DNA of 64,000 bases from Planctomycetota bacterium. GTDB lineage: Bacteria > Planctomycetota > SZUA-567 > H5-PLA8. The translations under genes were made by a program, and so were the position numbers. Shown here one piece after another: positions 29,317 through 39,284 of the stretch (position 1 is its first letter; each line of letters starts with the position of its first letter). The notes under the pieces were generated by a model. The model made no database searches. It saw only the letters and a program-made list of their open reading frames with translations, and had not been told where the DNA came from. The stretch is taken from the NCBI GenBank assembly GCA_038227875.1, contig JBBRPR010000028.1, positions 1 through 64,000 on the forward strand. The letters run 5' to 3'.

Positions 29317-31713
29317 TCAATCTCCCTGGTAATGCACCCACCGCTTCGAGAGCCGCAATTGGTAGAGCGTCAGCACGAAGACGATCGCGAACAGTACCCA
29401 CGCCAGCGCACCGGCGTAACCCATATGCATGAAGCGGAAGGCCTGGTTGAACAAATAGTAGGCGTAGAAGAGCGTTGAGTTGACCGGGCCGCCCTGCGTC
29501 ATCAGGTACGCGGGTCCGAATATCTGAAACGTGCCGATCAGGCCCATCACCAGATTAAAAAAGATGTACGGCGTGAGCATCGGCAGCGTGATGTGAAAGA
29601 AGCGGCGAACGGGGCCGGCGCCGTCGATCGCGGCGGCTTCGTAGAGGTCCGGGGGAATCGCTTTCAATCCCGCCAGCCAGACGATCATCCCGGATCCCGC
29701 GCCCCACAATCCTTGGACGATCAGCGCCGGCTTCGACCAATTGGGATCCTGCAGCCAGTTGGGTCCGGCGATGCCGATTTTCGCCAGGCCCCAATTCAAG
29801 ATCCCTTCGTTGGGATTGAAGATCAGCATCCACAGCAGCGCGGAAGCCACGCCGGGCACAATCGAGGGCAGATAGAAGAGCGTCCGGTACACGGCGATGT
29901 GACGGATGTTGGCGTCGAGCAGCATAGCCACGCCCAGGCCGACGACCATCCCCAGCGGCACGCCGAGCACCATGAAGACGGTGTTGTAGAGCGACTTCCA
30001 GAAGAGCGGATCCTGCGTGAAGACTTCCTGAAAATTCCGCACGCCGACGAAATGCGACGGTGCCAGCGCATCGTACGTACAGAAAGCCATGATGAGCGAG
30101 CAGAGAATCGGTCCGCCAGTGAAGACGACGAAGCCGATCATCCACGGTGAGGCGAAGATCCAGCCGGCGTAAGCTTCCGCGCGCGCCTGGCGGTTGCCGG
30201 TGAAGCGCGTGAAAAACCAGATCGCGAACGCGATCACGCCCAGCACCAGCACGGAAAAGTAGATCGCGGAGATCACCGGCCACGACACTTCCGGTCCGTT
30301 GTTAGGGACCACGATGCGGTCGAGTTCGCGCTGCACGACCGCAGTCGATGCGTCGAGCGCCGATTGCGCCGTCGTGCCGTCACCGGGCTTCGCGAAGATG
30401 CAGTTTTCAAACGCCTGGATGTGCTGATTCCACAGGAGTTGCCCGACCGGTGTCACTGGGCGGTACTTGCTGTGCGGCAACAGATCGATGAAGACCTTCA
30501 GCCCCGCCGCGAATTTCGGATCGACGGACGGATCGTCCTCCATGTACTTTTTGAACAGCGCCTCGGTGACTTTGCGGTTGGCGTTCAAGCCGGGAATGAA
30601 GGGCCGGCCCTGGCTGACTTCGTTGCGGCGCGCGACTTCGGACATATGCAGCGCCGTCTCGACGCTGGCCATGCGGCGGATGAGATCCCACGCTTCCTGC
30701 GGGTGCTTGGCGCCTTTCGGAATCACCCAGGCCCAGCCGCCGAGCCACGAGATCGGGTGATCGTTCTCGTCCTTCATCGGTGCCGGGGCGATGCCGAAGT
30801 TCAGATCCGGTTTGTACGCGGCGATGCCGCCGAGCGTCCAGTTGCCGTCGATTTTCATCGCGACCTTGCCGGTCAGAAACGGATCGCGTTCGCCGCCCTG
30901 CAATCCGGATTGGAACGCGTAGACCTGTTCCGCGCCGCCGAGGTCGTCATAGATGTCCTTCATGAATTGGAGCGCTTCGACCACGGGCTTGTCGTTGAGC
31001 AGACAGGTTTTTCCATCGTCGCTCATGAACTTGGCTTTGTTCTGCCAGCCGTAGAGGTAGAGCCAGGCGTTGCCGTAGTTCGGGACGAAACCGGCGACGG
31101 TGAGTTTGCGTTTAGCGCCCTCGCCCTCCCATCGTGAGAGCTTGGGGTTCTTTGCGTACTCGCGAAGCTCTTTCCAATTCTTCGGCGGCACGGCTTCGTT
31201 CTTCCCGTTCACATAGCCGGCCTTGATCAGCATGTCCTTGTTGTAGTAGAGCGCGCGGTCGTCGGTGCCGATGGGAATGCCGTAGACCTTGCTTTTGTAT
31301 GTGGCCTCGTCCCAGCAGTTGGCGTAGTAATCGTCCTTTTTGATGCCATCGGTCCGGCCGGCGTCCGTGGCGATGAAATCGTCGAGCGGCATGAAGGCGT
31401 TGCGCGCGGCCCATTCGCCCACGGCGTAGCGGTCGAAGACAATGATGTCCGGTGGATCGCCGCCGACGATCGAGCAGAGCACGCGCTGCGGGTCTTCGAC
31501 CAGATTGCGCGCCGCCGATTGTCCGACCACGATTTTCACGCCGGGATGTTCGCGCTCGTAGTTTTCGAAGGTCTCGGCGCTGGCGCGCATGGAGGCGGGG
31601 TCGGTCCAGTATTGCAGGCGGATTCCCGGACCACCGGCGTTTTCCCCGCGCAGGGCGAAATAGATCGCCGCTGCCGCCAGCAGCGCGCCGAGCCAGAGTA
31701 AACCGCGCTTCAA
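29317..31713 (-). CDS. Fused sugar solute-binding protein and ABC permease (MalF-like)
   Basis: SBP_bac_1-like region (GGDPPDI, ALYYNKD, FLTGKVAMKIDGNW) followed by a permease (FASPWMIGF, LYEAAAIDGAG, FFHITLPML). Start uncertain; the frame is open to 31827. Confidence 0.9.
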   Translation of the reverse strand: MKRGLLWLGALLAAAAIYFALRGENAGGPGIRLQYWTDPASMRASAETFENYEREHPGVKIVVGQSAARNLVEDPQRVLCSIVGGDPPDIIVFDRYAVGEWAARNAFMPLDDFIATDAGRTDGIKKDDYYANCWDEATYKSKVYGIPIGTDDRALYYNKDMLIKAGYVNGKNEAVPPKNWKELREYAKNPKLSRWEGEGAKRKLTVAGFVPNYGNAWLYLYGWQNKAKFMSDDGKTCLLNDKPVVEALQFMKDIYDDLGGAEQVYAFQSGLQGGERDPFLTGKVAMKIDGNWTLGGIAAYKPDLNFGIAPAPMKDENDHPISWLGGWAWVIPKGAKHPQEAWDLIRRMASVETALHMSEVARRNEVSQGRPFIPGLNANRKVTEALFKKYMEDDPSVDPKFAAGLKVFIDLLPHSKYRPVTPVGQLLWNQHIQAFENCIFAKPGDGTTAQSALDASTAVVQRELDRIVVPNNGPEVSWPVISAIYFSVLVLGVIAFAIWFFTRFTGNRQARAEAYAGWIFASPWMIGFVVFTGGPILCSLIMAFCTYDALAPSHFVGVRNFQEVFTQDPLFWKSLYNTVFMVLGVPLGMVVGLGVAMLLDANIRHIAVYRTLFYLPSIVPGVASALLWMLIFNPNEGILNWGLAKIGIAGPNWLQDPNWSKPALIVQGLWGAGSGMIVWLAGLKAIPPDLYEAAAIDGAGPVRRFFHITLPMLTPYIFFNLVMGLIGTFQIFGPAYLMTQGGPVNSTLFYAYYLFNQAFRFMHMGYAGALAWVLFAIVFVLTLYQLRLSKRWVHYQGD

Positions 31714-31901
31714 TCGTCCCAAGGTTCTATCCGCATCCAAAATTGTACTTTGTATTCGAAGTACATCGCGTCGAGCGAGGGTGAGATTCTCGCGGCTTTT
31801 CGCACGCGTGTCCACGGTCTTTGCCAAACAGCGCAGCTTACAAACTCGTTACACATCCCCAGCAAAGCAGCGCTTATAAAACCATAGACTGGAGGTCTGT
31901 G

Positions 31902-32765
31902 ATGCTGAGCGCACTGAACTGGAAGAAGTGGCTGCGGATCAGTCTATCGACGTGGGTCGTGGCGGTGCTGACGGCGTCGGCGTTGGTGGGGATCAATGTA
32001 CGGCCGTACGCATTTTACTTCCCGAGACCACCGTGGGTCGCGGAACTCAAAGACTTCGTCGTCGATCAGAACAAGCCTGATCCGATGATTCAATGCGGAC
32101 TGTACGGCTGGCCCGCGCCGGCGTATCCGTCGTGGAACTGGTTCGGCAACGGCGTTCCGGAAGGCGAGTTCCCTGCGCTGGCGCACTACACCGCCGAGAT
32201 GTCGGACGCGCATATCGCGTGCAATTTTCAGAAATGGAATACACGGGCGCTGATTGTGGATGGCGTTGCGAACGCGATTGTTTTCACGGGTGTTATGTTG
32301 CTGTGGTTTGCCACTCGGAAGCTCGTTGGGGGATTAAAATCGGTGACGTTTTGGCGGCGCTGGCTGCGCTTTGAGCTCTCGACTTGGATTGTCGCGGTGC
32401 TGACGGCGTCGGCGCTGTTGGGGCTGAATCTACGGTCCGCACAAAATAAGCGGCCGCCGGAATGGCTTGAAATATATTGCGCTGTTCATCCGAACGAGAT
32501 CTATGGTTGGCCCTGGCTGGCCTATCCCACCTATAGCACGGTTACCAAGTCATGGTCGGAAAGAATGAAAGAAGATATATTCTTCCAAAATCGATGGAAC
32601 GGATATGGAGATGCCCATCTATTTTGGAATTTAGGCGCGTTGATTCAGGACATCCTGTTCAATCTATTGATTCTAGCGATCGTTGTAACCCTATGGCGAA
32701 CTGGTCTTACGATAATCAAAAAATTCTCGATCCCACGGAATACGGCCGCCCGCTCATACATCTAA
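31902..32765 (+). CDS. Hypothetical membrane protein made of two tandem homologous modules
   Basis: GGAGG RBS before ATG 31902; repeated W..WLR..LSTW.VAVLTASAL.G.N.R and YGWP..AYP. Confidence 0.75.
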   Translation: MLSALNWKKWLRISLSTWVVAVLTASALVGINVRPYAFYFPRPPWVAELKDFVVDQNKPDPMIQCGLYGWPAPAYPSWNWFGNGVPEGEFPALAHYTAEMSDAHIACNFQKWNTRALIVDGVANAIVFTGVMLLWFATRKLVGGLKSVTFWRRWLRFELSTWIVAVLTASALLGLNLRSAQNKRPPEWLEIYCAVHPNEIYGWPWLAYPTYSTVTKSWSERMKEDIFFQNRWNGYGDAHLFWNLGALIQDILFNLLILAIVVTLWRTGLTIIKKFSIPRNTAARSYI

Positions 32766-32772
32766 TAAGTGT

Positions 32773-32850
32773 CCGCTTCGGCCTGCGGATCCCAGATGCA
32801 GGGAACCCCTCCCCCGGCATAGGGATTCACAGACCGAAGCGGCGTTTTTA
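32773..32850. terminator. Long imperfect hairpin between convergent genes
   Basis: CCGCTTCGGCCTGCGGATCCC ... GGGATTCACAGACCGAAGCGG followed by a T-run. Confidence 0.55.
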
Positions 32851-32930
32851 TTGAGCCACTTCGAATCGTAGCGGTAGACCTTTGGGCACAAAGGCCTGTC
32901 CCAATCCATGCAATTCAAAACCAAGCATTT

Positions 32931-33812
32931 TTAGCGTGACGGCCGGCAGTCCAGCGCGGGCATGTCCGTGTCGCTGGAGTACGGGAAGTGCGGGACGCGG
33001 TCCCAGCCGACGGCCAGATCCGGCGAGGGGTGGTTGACGCCGCAGTGCTTCAAAATGTAATTCACCATCGAATTGCTGTTCTGTGCGGGTTTGTAGGCCG
33101 GGCCACCGAGGCCCACATTGCGCTCGCCATGTCCGCCCGTGCCGGGGTCGCCGGGATGTGCATACTTGGCGGCGTACTGGCGCAGTTCGGCTTCGACTTG
33201 GCGGTAATCGCAGTTCACAATTTCGTCGATGGCCATGTCGATGGGCTTGCCGTGCGAATCGACATCGCGGGGCTGGCGGCCGGGTACGATGTAGATGCCG
33301 TAGGCGTCGTACGCGGTCCCAGGGAATTCGCCGTAGCCGACGCGGAAGTTGGCGGCATTCTCATCGAAGTGCGTCGAGCGCAGTTCGCCGCGCCACCATT
33401 GGCCCTGATCGTCGCGCCATTCAAACATGCAGTGCACGGCGACTTCGTGTTCGCGGAACCAGCGCCGCCAATTGGTGAACGGCGGAAACGGGAACGGCGG
33501 CACGATCCAGCGGTAGCGCTTGGCGATGTCGGTTTTCAGCCCCAGCAGATGAACTTCCGGACCGCCAGAATCCTTCGCGGCTTCCTTGGCGGGAGCAGGC
33601 TTTTCCTCGGCAGTCTTTTGATCAGCAGGAGCCGCGGCCGGAGCTTGTGCGACGAGGACGTCCGGCTTTTTATCGTCAGGCACAGTCGTCGGTTTGGCGT
33701 CGCCAACGACCGGCGCGCTGTCCGCGGCGCTCAATATGTTCGAATGAAAACTCAGCATCAACGCGATGCCAAGGATGAGAAAGCGAACCCAGAATCGCGA
33801 CATCATCACCAC
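32931..33812 (-). CDS. Secreted hypothetical protein, DUF3750/permuted papain-like
   Basis: Signal peptide, Ala/Pro/Lys linker, motifs AVHC, Y.PAQNSNSMV and P..AVG. Family call is from recalled motifs. Confidence 0.6.
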   Translation of the reverse strand: MVMMSRFWVRFLILGIALMLSFHSNILSAADSAPVVGDAKPTTVPDDKKPDVLVAQAPAAAPADQKTAEEKPAPAKEAAKDSGGPEVHLLGLKTDIAKRYRWIVPPFPFPPFTNWRRWFREHEVAVHCMFEWRDDQGQWWRGELRSTHFDENAANFRVGYGEFPGTAYDAYGIYIVPGRQPRDVDSHGKPIDMAIDEIVNCDYRQVEAELRQYAAKYAHPGDPGTGGHGERNVGLGGPAYKPAQNSNSMVNYILKHCGVNHPSPDLAVGWDRVPHFPYSSDTDMPALDCRPSR

Positions 33813-34047
33813 TCAAGGAGAAAAGTCAGTAGGCATCGGTGAAGGGCCTCGCGGGCCCTTTTACTCTGCACTCCGGTCTTAAACGGATGGTGCGTTAATA
33901 CGCCATTTCTGATGGAATGGAATTGAAAAACCACACGCGTGCAGAGTTGAATCCGTGCGCGGAAAAAAATGGAGATGCTTGCAACGAAACGGCTTGCACG
34001 ATTGCGAAACACAACGTGCAAGCCGCGAGGTGCTTTTTTCTCAAAAT

Positions 34048-35799
34048 TTACTCGAACGCGAGAGTTTCGCGCACGACTTCGTCGATCGTGGTCAATCCGT
34101 CGAAGATTTTCAGGATGCCGGCTTCGCGCAAGGAGCGCATGCCCGCGGCCTGCGCTTCGGCGCGGATGACTTCCGTCGACTTCGACCCCAGGATCAGGTC
34201 GCGCATCTTGGAATCGGCTTTCATGATTTCATAGATGGCGTTGCGGCCGCGGTAGCCGGTCTTGTTGCAGTGGTCGCAGCGGCGTCCGAAGAAGAACTGC
34301 TTGCCTTCCACGTCGTCGGGACGCAGGCCGATTTCCATCAGTGCTTCTTCGGTTGGATGATAGGCGTCCTTGCACTTCACGCAGATGGTGCGCACCAGGC
34401 GCTGCGCAACCACGGCGTAGAGCGTGGCGGAGAGCAGGAACGGTTCGATGCCCATATCGAGCAGACGCGTGATCGTCGACGGCGCGTCGTTGGTGTGCAG
34501 CGTGCTGAACACCAAATGTCCGGTCAGCGAGGCTTCGATGGCGATCGAGGCGGTTTCCAAATCGCGGATTTCGCCGACAAGGATCTTGTCGGGATCTTGA
34601 CGCAGGATGGAGCGCAGACAGTTCGCGAACGTCACGTCCAGTTCCGGTTTGATCTGGCACTGGACGATGCCGTCGAGGTCGTATTCGACGGGGTCTTCGG
34701 TGGTGATGATCTTCACGTCGGCGGTGTTGGCGGCATTGAGCGCCGAATACAGCGTCGTGGTTTTTCCGGAACCCGTCGGGCCGGTGACCAGGCAGATGCC
34801 GTTGGGCTGATTGATCGCGCTATGGAAGAACGCCAGTTCTTCGTCGCGCATACCGAGGCGTTCGATGTCCAGCGAGACGACGCTTCTGTCGAGCACGCGC
34901 ATCACGATCGATTCGCCGAAGTAGGTCGGCAGCGTCGAGACGCGCAAGTCGATGGGGTTGCCGCCGACATTGAGCTCGATGCGATTGTCCTGCGGGATGC
35001 GGCGCTCGGCGATGTCCATGTTCGCCATAACCTTGATGCGGGAGCAGAGCGCCAGGGCCAGTCCGCGCGGCGGCGGCGGGATTTCCAGCAGCGTGCCGTC
35101 GATGCGGTAGCGGATTTTGAATTCCGTCTCAAACGGTTCGAAATGGATGTCGGAGGCCTGATCGCGGATGGCGGTGAGCAGCACCAGATTGAGGAACTTG
35201 ACGACCGGCGCGGCATTGACCATTTGTTCGATGTTGCGCTGGTCGACGGCGCCTTCCTGGCTGAACTCGGCCAGCTCGTCGCCGGACATGGTTTCGAGCA
35301 GTTCGCGGATCGATTCCTTCTGGCTGCCGTAGTGGCGTTCGATCGCTTCGTTAAGCTGCGCTTCGGTGGCGATGGCGCCGCCGATTTCAACGTTGAGCAT
35401 GAAGCGCAGGTCGTCGAGCGCATTGATGTTCTGCGGATCGGCCATGGCCACGATCAGCAGGTTGTTCTCGAAGCTGATGGGGATGATGCGGTAGACCTGC
35501 GCCATCGAGACGGAAACCATCTTCAGAACTTCTGGCGGAATCTCGATCTGATTGAGATCCACCATCTGCATGTTGTTCTGGATGGCCAGGGCCTGGAGCA
35601 GGTCTTCGGCGGTGATGGCTCCGCCTTCGATGAAGATCTGGCCGAGGGCGCCGCCCTTTTCGGCCTGGATGGTAAGACCTTGTTCGAGCCCAGCCTCGTC
35701 GATGAGTCCCATCTGAATGAGAATCTGGCCAATCGGCTGCCGTTCGGTCTGATCGGGTTCCATCAGGGTTGCTGACCTCGCCTTGTTGTCCTGTGCCAC
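34048..35799 (-). CDS. pilB: Type IV pilus / T2SS assembly ATPase (PilB/GspE family), paralog 2
   Basis: MshEN-like N-terminus (QPIGQILIQMGLI), ASDIHFEP, GPTGSGKTTTLY, EDPVEY, LRQDPD, TGHLVFSTLHTND, tetracysteine Zn site; GTG start with RBS. Confidence 0.9.
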   Translation of the reverse strand: MAQDNKARSATLMEPDQTERQPIGQILIQMGLIDEAGLEQGLTIQAEKGGALGQIFIEGGAITAEDLLQALAIQNNMQMVDLNQIEIPPEVLKMVSVSMAQVYRIIPISFENNLLIVAMADPQNINALDDLRFMLNVEIGGAIATEAQLNEAIERHYGSQKESIRELLETMSGDELAEFSQEGAVDQRNIEQMVNAAPVVKFLNLVLLTAIRDQASDIHFEPFETEFKIRYRIDGTLLEIPPPPRGLALALCSRIKVMANMDIAERRIPQDNRIELNVGGNPIDLRVSTLPTYFGESIVMRVLDRSVVSLDIERLGMRDEELAFFHSAINQPNGICLVTGPTGSGKTTTLYSALNAANTADVKIITTEDPVEYDLDGIVQCQIKPELDVTFANCLRSILRQDPDKILVGEIRDLETASIAIEASLTGHLVFSTLHTNDAPSTITRLLDMGIEPFLLSATLYAVVAQRLVRTICVKCKDAYHPTEEALMEIGLRPDDVEGKQFFFGRRCDHCNKTGYRGRNAIYEIMKADSKMRDLILGSKSTEVIRAEAQAAGMRSLREAGILKIFDGLTTIDEVVRETLAFE

Positions 35800-35858
35800 A
35801 CGTCCCCCTTTATCGTACAGCGTTGCGCCGGCGGTTTACCGGTGCGGGGTTTTTCACT

Positions 35859-35923
35859 GGTACCGCGGGCGTCCCGCCCGCGTGTCGCTTTATTTTTCCT
35901 GACGTGCGGGCTGAACGCCCGCG
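35859..35923. repeat. GC-rich REP-like inverted pair
   Basis: GGTACCGCGGGCGTCCCGCCCGCG and the degenerate inverse TGCGGGCTGAACGCCCGCG between pilT and pilB. Confidence 0.55.
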
Positions 35924-35926
35924 AAA

Positions 35927-37168
35927 CTACGGTTTCTTCTTGCGCATTTCCTCGGTGTACGTGCGGACCTTGGTTTCCAGCGCTTCGGGGTCCTGGCTGC
36001 GGCGCATCATTTCGTTGTAGGTCACCTTTTGCGACGTCCAGAGATTGAAGAGGAAGTCGTCGAGCAGGATCATGCCTTCCTTGCCGGACGTCTGGATGTG
36101 CGAGTTGATCTTGTACGTTTCGCCCTTGCGCATCAGCGCGCGGATGGCGTCGCTGGCGAACATCAGTTCGAACGCCGCGATTCGGCCGGTGTTGTCGGAG
36201 GTCGGCACCAGCGTCTGCGAGATCACGGCCACCAGCGTCGCGGCCAGCTGCGTGCGGACCTGCGCCTGCTGATTGGTCGGGAAGACGTCGACGATACGAT
36301 TGATCGTTTCGGCCGCGCCGGTGGTGTGCAGCGTGGCCATGACCAAATGCCCGGTTTCAGCGGCGGTGATGGCCGTTTCGATGGTCTCGAGATCGCGCAT
36401 TTCGCCGACGAGGATCACGTCCGGGTCCTGGCGCAGCGCGCGGCGCAGGGCTTCGGCGAAGGTGTTGACGTCGACGCTTAGTTCGCGCTGGGTCACCACG
36501 CACTTTTTATGCTTGTGATAGTATTCGATCGGGTCTTCGATCGTGATGATGTGGTCGGCGCGCTCGGTGTTGATGAAGTCGATCATCGTCGCCAGCGTCG
36601 TCGTTTTTCCGGAACCCGTTGGGCCGGTGACCAGCACCAGGCCGCGCGGACGATGGCAGACGTCCTTGATCACCGGCGGCAGGCCGATTTCTTCAAACGT
36701 CTTGAGCTTGTTGGGAATCTGGCGCAGAACGAGACCGACGCAACCCTTCTGCTTGAAGACCGAGACGCGGAAGCGGGCCGCTTCACCGAACGCAAAGCCG
36801 AAGTCCGCGCCGCCGCGCTCGCCCATTTCCTGCTGATGGCGTTCGGAGGTGATCGACTTCATCAGTGCCATGGTGTCGTCAGGCGTCAGCGGAGTTTTGC
36901 CGAGGTCGCGCAGTTCGCCGCGTACGCGGGCGACCGGCGGTCGGCCCACGGCCAGATGCAAGTCGGAGGCATCGTACTTGATCACTGCTTCGAGCAGGCG
37001 CGCGATGTCGAGCTTGACCGGGGCGCTCATCCCGGTTGCCGCACCCGGCGTGGCCGCTGCTGCCGGGGGAACGGCCACCGGACGCGAAGCCGCGCCCATG
37101 CCCATGGCTGTACCTGGAGGCCGGATTGGAGCCGGACCGGACGGAGTTGCACCGGGAACGTTACTCAT
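35927..37168 (-). CDS. pilT: Type IV pilus retraction ATPase PilT
   Basis: ASDLHL.VGRPP, RFRVSVF, GPTGSGKTTTLA, HIITIEDPIEY, LRQDPDVILVGEMRD, AAETGHLV, AIRALMR (AIRNLIRE-like). Confidence 0.95.
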   Translation of the reverse strand: MSNVPGATPSGPAPIRPPGTAMGMGAASRPVAVPPAAAATPGAATGMSAPVKLDIARLLEAVIKYDASDLHLAVGRPPVARVRGELRDLGKTPLTPDDTMALMKSITSERHQQEMGERGGADFGFAFGEAARFRVSVFKQKGCVGLVLRQIPNKLKTFEEIGLPPVIKDVCHRPRGLVLVTGPTGSGKTTTLATMIDFINTERADHIITIEDPIEYYHKHKKCVVTQRELSVDVNTFAEALRRALRQDPDVILVGEMRDLETIETAITAAETGHLVMATLHTTGAAETINRIVDVFPTNQQAQVRTQLAATLVAVISQTLVPTSDNTGRIAAFELMFASDAIRALMRKGETYKINSHIQTSGKEGMILLDDFLFNLWTSQKVTYNEMMRRSQDPEALETKVRTYTEEMRKKKP

Positions 37169-37247
37169 TTAATCGCATCGCCTCCATTGCCTTCTGCCTA
37201 CTACCCTTTGCACGCGCTGAAACCTCAATCCGTACCAGAGCACCGCG

Positions 37248-38951
37248 TCAGTTGTAAATCTTCGCTTCTGCCAGCACCTCTTCGAGGGTCGTCCAACCGT
37301 CGAGGACCTTGCGCAGGCCGTCGTCGAGGAGGGTGTTCATGCCGTCGCGGCGGGCCTGATCACGCAGCGCGTCGGTAGTGGCTTTGCGGAAGGCCATTTC
37401 GCGCAGGCGGTTGTTCATCAGCATGATTTCATAAATGCCCTTGCGGCCGCGGAATCCGGTGCCGCGGCAGGTATTGCAACCGGCGCCCTTGTAGAGCTGG
37501 CGGCCTTCGAACTGTTCTTCGCGCAAGCCGACGGACTTCAGGCGGCTGACTTCCACTTCATCGGGAACCTTGCAGTCCGGACAGATCATGCGCACGAGTC
37601 GCTGCGCCTGCACGGCCTGGATCGAGCTGGCCACGAGGAACGGCGCGATTTTCATGTCGATCAATCGCGTGATCGCGGCGGGCGCATCGTTGGTGTGAAG
37701 CGTGGCGAAGACCAAATGTCCCGTCAGCGCGGCTTCGATGGCGATGTGCGCGGTTTCTTCGTCGCGGATTTCGCCGATCAGGATGACGTTGGGCGCCTGT
37801 CGCAGCATGGCGCGAAGTGCTTTTTGGAAGGTCATGCCGGCGGAGACATTCACCTGGCACTGGTTGATGCCGGAGAGCGTGTATTCAACCGGATTCTCGA
37901 CGGTGATGATCTTGCGGTCGGGCTTGTTCAATTCAGAGAGCGCCGAATACAGCGTGGTGGTCTTGCCGGAACCCGTCGGGCCGGTGATCAGCAGAATACC
38001 GTTGGGCTTTTTGCACAGGCCGCGGAATGTCTTCTGGTCGTCGACGTGGAAACCGAGCTGGTCGATGCCGAAGCTGATCGAGGCCTTGTCGAGGATACGC
38101 ATCACGACCGATTCGCCGTGGTACGCCGGCAGAGTCGAGACGCGCAAGTCCAGGTTGCGGCCGAGGACCTTGAGCGGAATCTTGCCGTCCTGCGGGCGGC
38201 GCTTTTCGGCCATGTCCATCATCGCCATGATCTTGATGCGCGCGATGATCGAGCCCTGCAGACGCTTGGGCGGCGCGTCCATTTCATAGCAATTGCCGTC
38301 GATGCGGTAACGCACGCGCAGGCGGTCGAGCATCGGTTCGATGTGAATGTCGCTGGCCCGGCTCTTCACTGCTTCAGTGATCAGCAGCGTCACCAGGCGG
38401 ATCACGGGCGCGTCGTCGTCGTCCACGAGCTGTTCGGCCGAATCGCGGATACCTTCCGTATCGACGACATTGATGTCGCTCTGGCTCAAGTTCATGATCT
38501 GGCTGCGCAGCTCGTCGCCCTTGCTGTAATAGCGTTCGATGGCCGCGTCGATCGATTCGCGCGTGGCGAGCACGGGGTCGACCTGGCTGTTGATCACGAA
38601 GCGGATGTTGTCGAGCGACTGCAGGTCGAGCGGATCGGAGATGGCGACCGCCAGCACGCCGTCCATCAGGCCAATGGGCATGATGTGATTTTCACGGCAC
38701 TGCTCTTCGGGAACCATGTTGATGACTTCTTTGGCGATCTCGAGGCCTTCGATATCGACCATTTCCATCTGGAACTGTTCGGCCAGCGCGCCGGTGATGT
38801 CGTTGGCAGTGCAGAGCCCTTCGGCGATGAAAATCTCGCCGATCTTGGCCTTCTCGCCGTTCATCTGTTTTTCAAGTGCGGCTTCGATGCTCTCCTGCGT
38901 CACGCAACCCATATCCATCAGGATTTCGCCGATGAAACGACGCTCGGACAT
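37248..38951 (-). CDS. pilB: Type IV pilus / T2SS assembly ATPase (PilB/GspE family), paralog 1
   Basis: RFIGEILMDMG, ASDIHIEP, GPTGSGKTTTLY, ENPVEY, LRQAPN, TGHLVFATLHTND, CPDC...CNTC. Confidence 0.9.
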   Translation of the reverse strand: MSERRFIGEILMDMGCVTQESIEAALEKQMNGEKAKIGEIFIAEGLCTANDITGALAEQFQMEMVDIEGLEIAKEVINMVPEEQCRENHIMPIGLMDGVLAVAISDPLDLQSLDNIRFVINSQVDPVLATRESIDAAIERYYSKGDELRSQIMNLSQSDINVVDTEGIRDSAEQLVDDDDAPVIRLVTLLITEAVKSRASDIHIEPMLDRLRVRYRIDGNCYEMDAPPKRLQGSIIARIKIMAMMDMAEKRRPQDGKIPLKVLGRNLDLRVSTLPAYHGESVVMRILDKASISFGIDQLGFHVDDQKTFRGLCKKPNGILLITGPTGSGKTTTLYSALSELNKPDRKIITVENPVEYTLSGINQCQVNVSAGMTFQKALRAMLRQAPNVILIGEIRDEETAHIAIEAALTGHLVFATLHTNDAPAAITRLIDMKIAPFLVASSIQAVQAQRLVRMICPDCKVPDEVEVSRLKSVGLREEQFEGRQLYKGAGCNTCRGTGFRGRKGIYEIMLMNNRLREMAFRKATTDALRDQARRDGMNTLLDDGLRKVLDGWTTLEEVLAEAKIYN

Positions 38952-39284
38952 TGGAACCCCCGTTCACATGCAGATGATTGGCAGCCGTCGAAAACTTTCT
39001 GTTGCGCAATGCGGCGCACGCCAGCTCGTGAAGCCGGGTGACGCCTTAACTTTCGACCCCCACCTTTGGTCGTACGTCGAAAGGACAAGTGTACTTGCAT
39101 CCAACATTTCCGGCAAGACTTCAAACCCCATCGGAGACGTTGGAAATCAAAATTCTTTCACTCCTTACAAAGACTGCGAAACTTGCCGTCCTAACGCAGT
39201 CCTAAACAGCGGGGAGGTCGAAACACGTCATGTGGTTTCAACCGTTCAGCTCGCCCGCAGGACACGAGCGAAAATTGCCGCACG

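Noticed and set aside
33955..35775. 606-aa plus-strand ORF, and similar ones at 37695-39041, 55935-57590, 59412-60833 and 22696-23874
   Set aside because: These are antisense shadows of well-supported genes with no independent domain signal.
34760..37990. Repeated DNA such as ccggaacccgtcgggccggtga
   Set aside because: It encodes the Walker A motif shared by three paralogous ATPases and is not an independent repeat.
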